This document shows positions 1 to 11,015 of a stretch of DNA of 64,000 bases, one piece after another. The notes beneath the pieces were generated by a model. That model had not been told where the DNA came from. It searched no databases and was given only the letters and a program-made list of their open reading frames with translations. The stretch covers positions 9,882,180-9,946,179 of the forward strand of contig MU061017.1 in the NCBI GenBank assembly GCA_013265495.1, read 5' to 3'. The first letter of the stretch is position 1; every line of letters starts with the position of its first letter. Source of the DNA: Vicugna vicugna (lineage: Eukaryota). The translations under genes and the position numbers were made by a program.

Positions 1-699
1 AACCAGTAAAATTCATGCATAGCAGCAGCATTTTAATGTGTTTCATTGTTAAAACCGAATCTCTGACGTTGGGTTTGGTGGACAGAAAGCTCTAACCTTG
101 GGTTAGTTCTGCGTCTGAGCTCTCTCTGCGTTTTGACGTGAGAGGAGGCCTGGTCGCCTGAGTACACCATGTAGCGTGGCTTTAACTAACTTCGGGACTT
201 TGTTAGTTTCGGGTAATCAGGCCTCTTCATTCAGCACGAGAGGCGGTGGGTCTGCTGCCAGCACGCATGTGGAACCTTCTGGCACAGCACAGGTTGCCCT
301 GTGTCTGAGAGGCGCCAGCTGCCATGCTCCTGCCTTGTGATGACCCAGCCCTCCTGCCTCTTCTCTGTCTAGACCGCCCCTAAGTCTTCCCTGGGACCGC
401 AGGCCGGGGTGTCCCTTGACTGTCACTGAGCACAGACAGGACTGTACACACAGGCCCAAATGCGGGGGCTGACACTGCAGCGCGCACTGAAGAGGTGTGC
501 GTTCCAGTGGTCCAGGCATACCGGCACGATTGAAAGTGCTACCGCTGAAACTCAGTGCAAGGTTTAGAGGTTCTCATGGAGAACTCAGAGGGCCCCGGGG
601 ACACAGCTGAGTAGCCCCAGGCATTTGCAGCTGCCACTTTAAGAAATACTACTTTCTGTAGTGTGGGAAACGCAGGTGACAAGTACAGTGTCCCATGCA

Positions 700-865
700 C
701 AATGCACACAACACACACCACACACACACCATACACACAACACACACCACACACTGCACTCACCACACACAACACACCGCACACAACACACACCACACAC
801 TGCACACACCACACACAACACAACACACACTGCACACACCACACACGACACACACACCACACATG
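700..865. repeat. Imperfect (CA/CAC)n low-complexity tandem repeat
   Basis: Runs of cacac/acaac/ctgca. This is the source of the poly-HT and poly-CV pseudo-ORFs. Confidence 0.95.
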
Positions 866-1730
866 CCACATACTTTGAAAGGTCAAAGGCATAGTATAGA
901 TTTTCTTTCTTTGTTGGTCTTTTTTCATCTATTTGTTTTGTCTTTCTGTTTTTGTCATCTTCTTTCCGTGTGCGTCTGTGCCTCCTTCTTTAATGAGAAG
1001 ACCTCCCCTCGTGGAGGTCCTCCTGTGTGCAGGTGCCTCAGTACATGCCTTTCTTCCACATAACCAGCCCCCCAACCCCCCACTGCCCCAGCAGGGTAGG
1101 ACTTGTCCTGTTCAGGGAACTGGGTTTCAGGGAAACTGGATCAAAAGTTAAGAGAATTCTAAGTGATGAGCTAGCATTTGTACCCAGTTCCGCACGTCTC
1201 TGCATCCTCTCTTTCCCTGAGCCTTCTCTTCAGCCCATGAACCTCTGCTATAAAATGATCTTTAGGCCACTGGAGCTGAGAGAAGAGGATCCCACAGCCC
1301 CTTGGTGACCCTCCATTGCCCCCGGGGTTCTCCTGCCACCTCCCTGTCTCCAACTGTTTCTGGCCCATCCCTGGGAAGCTTCAGCTGGTCCTTGTGACCC
1401 CTGCAGGGCTGGCCGGTGCCCGGAGGAGACGGCAGCTCTAGGGCAGTTGTGCTAACGTCTGGGCACACAGCTGGGAATCCCCTGCGGTTTGGGTTAGTAG
1501 GAGGAACCTTATCTCCATTTATCACCCTTGAAATGCTCAGAGTCCATTTCCCGTTCTTCCCCCTGCGCCTTCCTTGCTGGGTGTCCTCGCCCGTGGTGTC
1601 CCTGCTTCTGGCGTTTCCGTCTCACAGGCTCTCACTTTCTCTCTGGCTTGATTTAAGTGCAATTTCCCCTCCCCCACTCAGTCTCTGTCTAACCTGCCTC
1701 CTCCCCGTTTTTCTTCCTGGCTCCCATTAG

Positions 1731-1742
1731 GATCTGTTGCAG
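1731..1742 (+). CDS. GRAMD1B: GRAMD1B 12-nt coding microexon (completes V, then I-C-C-S)
   Basis: cattag|GATCTGTTGCAG|gtactg. CTAAC branch point at 1689-1693 with a polypyrimidine tract. Phase 2/2 fits the next exon. Matches the recalled human segment VISCV-ICFS-LVLLVIL. Confidence 0.85.
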
Positions 1743-2098
1743 GTACTGGCTCTACGATGCTTCTTTCCCCTCCTCGTCTCTTTTCCTCTCCATCTGACTC
1801 CTCCTTCCCCGGCACCCAGCTCCTGGGTGGCCTCTGTGTCTCTCCTTTCTGATGCCTTCACCCCACACACCTCTCCATGGCTCTCCTGCCGTGTCCCGGC
1901 CCCCAGGTTAGACTGCTGCTCACCTCCCCACCCCCGCTATGTCTCTCCGGCTCACGTATTCACTCACTGCAGTGCTTCAGGTGGCCCAGAGGGCGAGGAC
2001 AGCGGCCTCTGGGGTGGGGGACCTCTGTGACTCTGAGAAGGAGGCTGCTTTCTCAGACCCCGCCTCACCGCTCCCCTCTCTCCCCGTCTCCTTCCTAG

Positions 2099-2206
2099 TC
2101 TGGTGCTGCTGGTCATCCTTAACGTGATGCTCTTCTACAAACTCTGGATGCTGGAATACACCACCCAGACTCTCACTGCCTGGCAGGGTCTGAGGCTCCA
2201 AGAAAG
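2099..2206 (+). CDS. GRAMD1B: GRAMD1B coding exon, transmembrane helix: (S)LVLLVILNVMLFYKLWMLEYTTQTLTAWQGLRLQE(R)
   Basis: ttcctag|TCTGGTG...GAAAG|gtaatc, 108 nt. Translation matches the recalled GRAMD1B C-terminus. Confidence 0.96.
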
Positions 2207-2520
2207 GTAATCCCGGCCTCTTCCCCTGGCTTCCACCTCCAGCCCGTCTGGTACCGTGTCCTGGCTTCTGCCTCCCAGCCTACTTGGGACTGGCCTGCGC
2301 CTTTGGCCGGGAATAACCCTTTGGGATGAGTCCATAGCAAGCTCTGGAAACGGCCCCTGTAGGTCTAGTCTGCTTCTGATTTGAGGCACAGAGGAGCCAG
2401 GATGGTGAGCAAAGGACGAAGCACTCTGGTGTGGCTCTCTGTCCTTTAGGAGTCTGGGCGCTCAGGACAGTCCACTGCTCCTAACTCCGGCTGCTGGGGT
2501 ACCCCTCTTCTACCCCACAG

Positions 2521-2638
2521 GTTACCCCAGTCTCAGACAGAATGGGCCCGGCTCTTAGAGTCCCAGCAAAAGTACCACGACACTGAGCTCCAGAAATGGA
2601 GGGAGATCATCAAATCCTCGGTGATGCTTCTCGACCAG
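2521..2638 (+). CDS. GRAMD1B: GRAMD1B coding exon, luminal helix: (R)LPQSQTEWARLLESQQKYHDTELQKWREIIKSSVMLLDQ
   Basis: ccccacag|GTTACCC...GACCAG|gtgaga, 118 nt, in phase with both flanking exons. Confidence 0.96.
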
Positions 2639-4980
2639 GTGAGACGCCCCCACCTCCCCTCCTCACCCGTCTTCCGGGGGTAGAACTTCCTGCCTGTTCT
2701 CCGAGAAGCAGCACCGTCTCCATCACCGTCCACCAGACCTCGCCTTCCCGTGTGTTCTTCTCCTAGGCCGTCCATTGTCCTAACTTTAAAGCCATCCTTG
2801 GGTGAGGTTTTGGAAGCAAAGGTGTATTCCCCAAAAGTGTGTCAATGAAATTACACACCAGATTTGCAGCAGGAAAGCTGTGGGTTAAATGAAAGGAAAG
2901 CTAATTCTCTCTTTTTGTTTTTTCTTGGTAACCCATGGCCATCTGACAGGCATTTAAAGAAATAACCCCCTTTTTACAGAGATTTATCTTCCCAGCAGGC
3001 ATGTGCTCCTAATTCCTTTTGATGACACCCCACACACAGCCTCCAGGACGTTGTCCTCCCTGGAGGCTGTGCTGATAGTCTGGGAAGATGGTTGTAATGT
3101 CTTATTTTCATAACATTTTCTTTCTAGTACAGTTGCCTATGTTCCTTCTAAAAACTAGATGCATACATTTAAGAAAATCATCCTGGGACAAAATCAATAA
3201 TTAGCGTCGTTTTATCAGCCTGAGGTGGAATCCTAACCTTGCCACCAACCAGTTTTATGCCCTCGAGCAAGGGACTTGATAGTAGTGACCTTCCATCTTT
3301 TCATTTATAGAATGGGAATTACAATCGTTGCTTCGCGAAATTGCTGTCAGGAGTTGGTGCACATGGGAGGCACTCATTAATGTTACATTTCATTTCCCCT
3401 TCAACGTTCAATCTCTTAGCTCTAAATTAAGGAGAGAATTTTAAGCAGCTGTCAGGATCAACGGGTTTAAAGCGTCCTGTGTAGCATAGGAACCATGTTT
3501 GAGGAGGGCTTTTTTTTTTAAAACCAGAAGAGGGTAAACAACATAGCACGGAGTTTGGAAGTTCCATGCTGGCAGGAGGGGCTGATAGAATGGAAGATGT
3601 GCTCAGGAGAAGGGAAGACTGGGGTGGGTGAGCGGAACAGGAGAGTCTTCAGACGTGAAGGTCTAACACAGAAGGTTAGGTAGCTTTTGAAGTCCAGAGC
3701 GCTGCCCTGGGGCTAGAAGTCAGAGGGGATCGGATTTTTGAGCCATTGACTGAAGACAGACTGCTTCTGGTTAGAGCGTTCCCTCAATGGGATGGGCTGT
3801 TTTGAAGGACTGAGACTTCATCACTGAAGGTGCTGAAAGCGTGATGAGATGATGTTGGATGAGAATTAAACGGGGGGGCGTTTGGACTCCTTCAGCTGTA
3901 AAATTCTGTTTCAGGGTGGGTCTCCTTAAGGAGCTTGGGACTGTCAGATTTGTAGCCTGGTAGACATGACTCTACAAGCATTAAGATAGGTATTTTGTTC
4001 TATTCCCTTTAAAAGGGACCTTTAAAGGAATAGTAATGGGCCCGTATCCCTACTGAGCTGAGGATACAGAAGAACTAAAGAAAAGAAAGTGGTAGATTAG
4101 GCAGAGAGATCAGAGGTTCTCAAAATCTCAAAATACCATGACATGGTAACTGGCCCGTGTTGTCCCTAAGCAGCTTACCTAGAGACAGGATGTAAATGTG
4201 TCGTCTTGTCACAGGCCGTTAGGATTCTACCGCTGGGCCTGCCTGATGTGGACGCCACCCCGTAATGTCGGATGTGTCTGTTTCTTAAAGAGGCTAAGGA
4301 GTTCAGTTAAGATTAAGTTCATTCAGTGATACGGGCACAGCTAAGAGCCTACTCAGTTCTCTGCTTGGCACCTGGGGTGTGTAAAGGACGGAGAAGACAT
4401 GGTGCACCCCAAGCACACGTGAAACAAAGCCATTAAAGACGACCGCAGGGCAGGGCCCCAGGGAGTGGACTGTGGAAGGGACGGCGCAGAGAGAGAAAGG
4501 TGACCATGAGCCAGGGAAAGTCTGGATTTGCTCCTGGCCTTCACAGACGGGCGAGATCGGGTAGGCAAGACAGCAGAGTCCGAGCTGGGAGAACAGAGCG
4601 GCATGTGGACCAGGCTAGGAGTCCAGTGTATTCGGGAGCAGAGGGAACCGAATAAGGGCAGGATGCTGAGTAAGGGGCGGTCTAATGTGGGTCCTGGTAG
4701 CAATAGAATGCTTGGAGAGTTCTTAATTCAGCGAAACGAGGCCACAAATCCTCGAGACACAGCGAACTTATTACCCGAGGGGTTGCCAGTGCTGGATTGG
4801 CTGTCCCCCTTCTGCCTGAGGCTGTGTCCATTGAGAATCGCCCTTGTTTCAGGAGCCCGTTCCCTTTAGCTCCCAGGCCTGGTGGGGAGCCTGCGAGAGG
4901 CGGGCGTGGCAGGGGCTGCTGGATGGAGAAGCCCACTGAGGGCACAAACCCTGGCGGGGCCGGGCTTCCCTGTCTTCCAG

Positions 4981-5070
4981 ATGAAGGACTCACTCATCAA
5001 CCTGCAGAACGGCATCAGGTCCCGTGACTTCACGTCGGAAGGTGAAGAGAAGAGGAACCGCTATCACTGA
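4981..5070 (+). CDS. GRAMD1B: GRAMD1B last coding exon MKDSLINLQNGIRSRDFTSEGEEKRNRYH*
   Basis: gtcttccag|ATGAAG...CACTGA. Matches the recalled GRAMD1B C-terminus (tail of ORF 4882..5070). Confidence 0.97.
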   Translation: MKDSLINLQNGIRSRDFTSEGEEKRNRYH

Positions 5071-5122
5071 CAAGGCAGGAGCAGGGGCGGCCGCCGGAGG
5101 CCTGTGCAATATGTGTACATAG

Positions 5123-5182
5123 ACCATATAAATATATATATAAATATATATATACAGAATATAAATATATATTATATACAGA
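5123..5182. repeat. TA-rich low-complexity tract in the GRAMD1B 3'UTR
   Basis: catataaatatatatataaatatatatatacagaatataaatatatattatatacag. Confidence 0.9.
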
Positions 5183-5485
5183 TTTTAAAAAGAGATAATG
5201 CCTATGTACCAGGGAGAAGGAGCGGGACCGCCTCTTGTGCTGGCTGGTGGAGGGGCCGAGGAGGGCAGGGACCACCTCTCAGCACCGACCTCCCCTGATC
5301 CTCCTCCCCCTCCCCTCCCCATCCTGTCATCCCCGCCCTTTCCCTTGCTGGCCATTCTTGGCTCTGAGAAGGGGAATGTTGTTGAGCCAAAGTTATGCCT
5401 GTGAAGACCCTGGGGTCGTGCAAAGTCTCAAGGGGGCATTGCTTAAGGTGCTTCATTCCCTAATCCCCTTCTGATTTGTTTCCAA

Positions 5486-5491
5486 AATAAA
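5486..5491 (+). terminator. GRAMD1B: Proximal poly(A) signal AATAAA of GRAMD1B
   Basis: ccaaAATAAAagataattttttttcttcc: canonical hexamer followed by a U-rich tract, ~415 nt after the stop. Confidence 0.6.
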
Positions 5492-8400
5492 AGATAATTT
5501 TTTTCTTCCCTGCCCCGCGCTTCCCCAGGCGTTCTCTCAGGAACAAGGAAGCATCAAGGGCAGGGGCCCCATCTAAACTCCAGCGTCTGAGGCCACCCGT
5601 TTACTCGGCCCCCACACCAGGAGCCAGGTGCAGAGGGAGGGGCAGCAGGGAGGCTGCGCCCGAGGGAGTGGGCTTTGTAGCCGCAGCGCCTGAGGGCTGG
5701 TGTTCCAGAGGGTGTCCTCCTCCATCGCCCTGCACCTTCCTCTCACCTGGGTGGGTGTGCACCCAATAAGGGCTGGGGATTTGTTACTTTCCCACCCCCC
5801 TCCTCTCTGGTCTTTTCCCAGGCTGGGTCTGGGTGAAATGTCACTTTTTAGTGCCTAAAGCCCTATTTTTGCTCTGTGCCCTAAGAGCACATTGTTTATT
5901 AGTCAGGGTGGAGCATTTTTGATCTTGTTAAATCTCTTTTAGTGATTATAAGCAAATCAGGTCTGTGGCTCTAACCCCTTTCCTTTGAGCTGTCATTTGA
6001 TTTCCAGGATGAATCAGGGTGTTCTAGGACCTCCAGGGTTTCACAGAGTGAATGCGCTAGCCGTGGACGGATGGTAGGGTCTGACCACAGAACGCTGTGT
6101 GAGGAGTGAGCACTCTATCCAAGCATTCTTGGGCTGCCAGCATCATTTAGCCTCAGTGAGGAACCAACTTAGTCGAGGGAGACAACTGTCTGAGCTATTT
6201 TGCCCACGTTAAGAAGACCTCAGCCTTAGAGGGAGTGGATTTGGCAAAGGTATGTGCATTTGGGCAGGAAAAAGCCAGATCGAGTCTGCCCCATGGGGAC
6301 CATTCCAAATCCGGTTTCCCAGAGCTGGGAGTGGAAGTTCTGGCAGAGAGAGCAAAGCCTTCTCTGATCTCTGGCCCCAGAGATGTATGAAGTCATGGAG
6401 GAGTAGAGAGAAGACCATGGGTTAGGAGAGGGAGTCATCTAGAGCCTTTTCGGGGTTGGCTCACTGAACCCATAATTTGTCTGACCTGATGGGGCCCTTC
6501 TGAGCATGCTTCTGGGTACCCTTCACACACTACGATTTCTCCATGTAATGACCTGAGCAGTCCCGCCAGCCCCAGGCAGAGCGTGCAGCAGATTCTTGAT
6601 CTGGAAAAGATCCTACCAATTTGGCAAGGAGAGCGCTTCCAGAGTGCTTGTCCTGGTGGGCCTCTTGGTGCAAGGGGCGGAGGAAAGGAAGATTTTATCA
6701 CTCACCTAGCCTGAAGAAGAGCACATAGTGTTCTCCCGGACAGGCTGGGGCGCCCCCCTCTGGCAGTTAAGGAAAGGTTTTAGCTTTTCAGTCTATCTGA
6801 GAAGATGGCCTTGTTACTGCCCTTTGGGCAGGGTGAGAAGACGAAAGATACGGGCCCAGGTCATCCCCCAAGGGGAGCTGGATGAGAAGGTTCCATGGGC
6901 ATCACCTAGAAATGATATCCCTCCCTTTGAAAAGGAGGTATGAGGGAACGGAGCTGAGTGTAATCCTGGTGAAGGGCACTTATCTCCATCATTCCTGTCC
7001 TGGAGGCTGAATGGGAGACCCTGGGGAGGCTCAAGGCTCATGGGCCTGAGCCAAAGGAAGAGGAATAGTGCAGGCTGCTAAGAATTTACCCATTGGAGTA
7101 CCCAGAAATCAAAATTATTCTCAGAAACTATTGAAAGGAAAAATGGTAAATTCTGTAATTTACTCCATACGTATTATTTATTTATTTAAATTATTCGGGT
7201 ATTAAAGGTCCCACAGTCGGACCTTTGGGATGACTTAAAAAGGGCTCTTTGCTGGGAGTAAAGTGGTTTAAGTGGGCCTTGCCTCAGGGAGCTGCTCTGC
7301 TCTGGCTTCACCTCCCTCTCAGGCCCGTTCTAGGGAGGAGTGGGTGACGGGAAGGATGTCCAAGGAAGCCCCTTGAGATCTGGGGGTTTGAACCCAGGAG
7401 ACATTGTGTACACACAGGGAGCATCCCGCCTCATTTCTAAGAACCATGGATCTTTTGTGGGCGCCTTCTATTCTAATAACTTTCTGACTTTCAAACCAGG
7501 GGAAAACCAGTAACTCTATTCACTCCCCCCCCAAAAAAGCTTTTCCCCCTTATTTAATAACCTGTGAAAGAGGAGGGACCTCCCCCTTGTGGATCACTTT
7601 GGGAGTGAAACACGTAAATAACATTGTTACTCATGGCAGCCTGGCTTGTAACTATCTGCAAGGGAGCATTAAAACCACCATTTCTTACATTGTTTCTCCC
7701 AGCCAGGGCTTTTTTTGGTTTTGTTCATGTAAGAATTCAGTCATGTAAGAGTCTTTCTGCGAGGATTCGTGTGGTAAGACATTTGAGAGCTTGCACTCAG
7801 TTTCAAAGCTTCTGCAGTTTCTAGACAGGTACAGGACAGCTACAGGTCTACACTTCACTCCAGCTGACTGTGGAGGAATCAACAGGGCTGTCCTGGGAGA
7901 AGCCAGTCGTGACTGTAACACCCTCCTTTCCCCCATCCACCTCCCTGGGGCAAGGGGATGCATTCTGAGACAGCAAGAGCAGCAACTTGAAGCCCCCGTA
8001 AGGGCGCTGGGCTGAGAGCCGGGAGACCTGGGCCTGAGTCCTGCCCCTGCTGTTGGACAAGTCACTCCCCGTCTCTGAGCTTCAGGGTTTTATTTGCAAC
8101 AGGAAGCTCTTGAGCTAGACTGTCTCCAAGGTGGGGTCTAGCTTTGGCATTGTCCTGGAGGCTAGGTCAGAGACTGGCAAGGCTGGGCTTTCTCAGACTT
8201 GGCAGGTGCCTGCCAGGAGAGGGTGAGCCTTCTGGACTAGCGTTTCCCTGGCATTAAACGAGGGGTAGGGCAGCGTCTGGGTTCCCAGGAAATCCAGGGT
8301 ATTTCAACTTTACTCTTTATGGACTAGGAGGCGTAGGGAGGTCCAGTGAAGGGGGTGGGGAGGGAGAGGCAGAAACAGAGATCAAACTTGCTGTATTGCT

Positions 8401-10178
8401 CGGCATCAGTGCAGGAGGCTATTCCTTCCTTTGTTGGCCTAGTCTTAGTTTGGGAAGGGTCCTTCCTTTGGGCCTTCTCCAGGCTCGGAAGAAGAGGATG
8501 GTGGCAAGAAGGACACCATCTTGCGTTGAGCTCGTCTTCCGTCCTTAAGCTGTGAAGCCTTTCATCTCTCCATCCTTCCTCCTCCTCGCCAGGGCAAAGG
8601 GCAGAGAGGAGCCGTTCCTGGCTCCAGCACTTCTCTTTGGGCTCCAGCCTTGTTGGGGTTTGAATTAAGTGTGAAGCTTTGGCTACAATCCTTGGGTTGC
8701 CTCAGAGCGTTGACACTAAGAACCTGGGATTACAAGGAAGGGGGAGGACCAAAAAAACCTCAAGAGCAATGCTTTGATAGAGCTGGATTCTCTCCATGAC
8801 CGTGTCTCTGACCCAAGTTTGGACCGTGTCCGATACATTTGCAGGCAGCGTCTCTCGGGTGACATCTTGGAGGAAGGATTAGGGGAAGAGTCTTCCTGGA
8901 CTGTCTGTGGTCTCAGAAGGGTCCTTTCCGCGACGTATCCTGCTGCACATTTAGCTCCACAGGGCAGCCCAGGGCAACCCTTCCTCCCTAGGGGCTCCCA
9001 GGAGAGATACACTCTTTTCTTCCCCCGGGTGGTAGGGCTGTGGTCTCCTTCCCCGCACCCGCTGACTCCACCTGCCCTCTTCGGCAGGAAACGTGAGAAC
9101 CTCTCTTCCTGACTGTCTTCTCTCAACCTTTGTCTCTAGGCTGTGGGACAATCATCCATCCATCACTGGACATCCTTGACCCTCATCCCCCAGCCTCCAG
9201 CAGGCTGGCCCCACTCCCCTCCACCTTTATGTTTTCTTCCAGAAGATGCATTTTTGGGTCCGAGAGGAGCGTTTTTCTGGAAGGCCATCTTTTAATGCCC
9301 CTGCTTTCCTGTTGTGGAGCAGAAATTTGCACACGGTGTAGAGAGCTTCCCTCCCCGCCTCTCTGCCCAGCCTTGTTACCTCACTCCTGCTCCGGCCGTG
9401 GCTGTGACGGGCCCAGCCAGCTCCCTGCTTTGGTGTTCTGCGCGAAGCTCAGGGGTCTTGGGCATTGTTTTCTGTTGTGACTTGAGGTCCTCAGCAGGCC
9501 TGGGAGCCCAGATTGGAGCCTTGGCTGCTGGCGAGAAGCACCTTGCCTGCCAAGAGGAACTGATGCCAGACAATGTACCTGGCATCTGAAGGCGTGAAGA
9601 ACTGTCATCTCTGCCCTCCTTGCTTCTCTCAACACGATGAGATACTGCAGAAGCAAAATGGTGGCCTCTGCTCCAGGCAAGACAGCTGGCTCTGCCTGGG
9701 GAGTTGGCCCTGGGCTCGGGTGCCACGCCCTGAGATTGCATAGTAAGAGCAACCATTTTTGCCAACAGTAGTGCGTGGCTCCCCACATTTCTCTCTCCTG
9801 CACTGTAGGGCCAGACCACTCTCTGCATGGACCAGACCTTCTTCCCAAACCCATGGTGCTTTCCCCCCAATTCAACCTAGACTCCAAAGTGGGGAGGGAT
9901 GGGTCAGAGGCCATCACGGCCCCTGGATAATCCTGACATGGGGTGGAGTGGGGTGAGGCAGAGGGAGCAGCCCCCAACACTGCACTGGGCCATATATGGG
10001 GAAGAACACAGGTTGATTGCAGTAGAGTTCTCTGGCCATCTGTGTTTGAATCTATAACTGTACTTTGCCTGGCGCTGTGCGCAAGGTCTGAAAACTTACT
10101 GCTAGTACCTAGAAACATACAAGGCTTCCCGGTCAAATCTTCATGTAAAGTAGCTAGAGCCATGGAAATACAGTATGA

Positions 10179-10230
10179 ATTAAAAGAAAAAAGTATTGAA
10201 CTACAAATAATAAATGGTGTGTGTGTTCAT
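10179..10230 (+). terminator. GRAMD1B: Distal poly(A) signal cluster of GRAMD1B
   Basis: ATTAAA at 10179-10184 and AATAAA at 10209-10214, followed by GU-rich tggtgtgtgtgtt. Confidence 0.7.
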
Positions 10231-11009
10231 TGCTTGATTCATTATTGCTCACCGTCTCAGGTGTTTTCGGTCTTCCCGGAGGTGATCACGGCAAGTCCTA
10301 AAGGCACGTGTGTGCAGGCGCGCTTACACACGCTTGTGCGCAGCCTGCCACTCTGCCTCCGGGACCTGACCAAGTAGACTGGATAAGAACTTTGGGAGTC
10401 AGATCTGAGTCCAAACTGCAGCATCGCCATTTACCAACTGTGTTCTTGGACCCCAACCATTACTCCAAGCCTCAGTTTACTTTAGAGATAATATAAAATA
10501 CATATGTGTATACGTGTGTGTTTCTTGGTATAGTGTCTGGTACTGTACTGAGATCATTTTTAATGTTGTTATTAATCAGTACTGTTACTGTAGGGACTTA
10601 CGGTAGACTGTGAATCCCCGTGACAGTTTCTTGTGTAACCCTTCCCTTCTGGGGCCTTGGCACTTCTAGGAAGATGGACGTTGAGGGGCAGCTTTGCTGT
10701 GCTTTCTTGTTTCAGCCAACCTGGTAAGGGGGCTCAGCCCCTCCCTTCACTGGGTCTTCCTTTCTCGGAGCCCGCAGCCACCTGGTGGGAAGCTTGCATG
10801 ATGTCATTCAGGTGAGAACCAGGGACTCTTTGGGTAGAGAATGAAGGGAGACAATATGTTTAATTCTAGGTGATTAAATGTATTTTTCACTCTCTGGGTA
10901 TATATCCAGTTCAGGAACTGATGCTGGCTGGGGAGGTAAGTCGGAGCCACAGTATGCATAGCAGACGCGCCCAGAGAGCAAAACCAGAGCAAGCGGTATC
11001 TGGAGACGC

Positions 11010-11015
11010 TTTATT
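11010..11015 (-). terminator. SCN3B: SCN3B poly(A) signal AATAAA
   Basis: TTTATT on +. On -, an upstream TGTA (~11050) and a downstream U/GU-rich tctggttttgctctctg. A second AATAAA lies at 11713-11718. Confidence 0.65.

Larger units (their letters stand above)
5071..10230 (+). other. GRAMD1B: GRAMD1B long 3'UTR (end approximate)
   Basis: Follows the stop codon, is poor in recognisable interspersed repeats, and ends at an ATTAAA/AATAAA plus GU-rich cluster. Confidence 0.7.

Noticed and set aside
539-1063. Overlapping poly-His/Thr and poly-Cys/Val ORFs
   Set aside because: These are translations of the CA-rich simple repeat in a GRAMD1B intron.
9376-10163. 260-aa and 164-aa ORFs on the - strand
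   Set aside because: They are antisense to the GRAMD1B 3'UTR, start at non-ATG or weak codons, show no recognisable domain, and long ORFs are expected in GC-rich UTR sequence.
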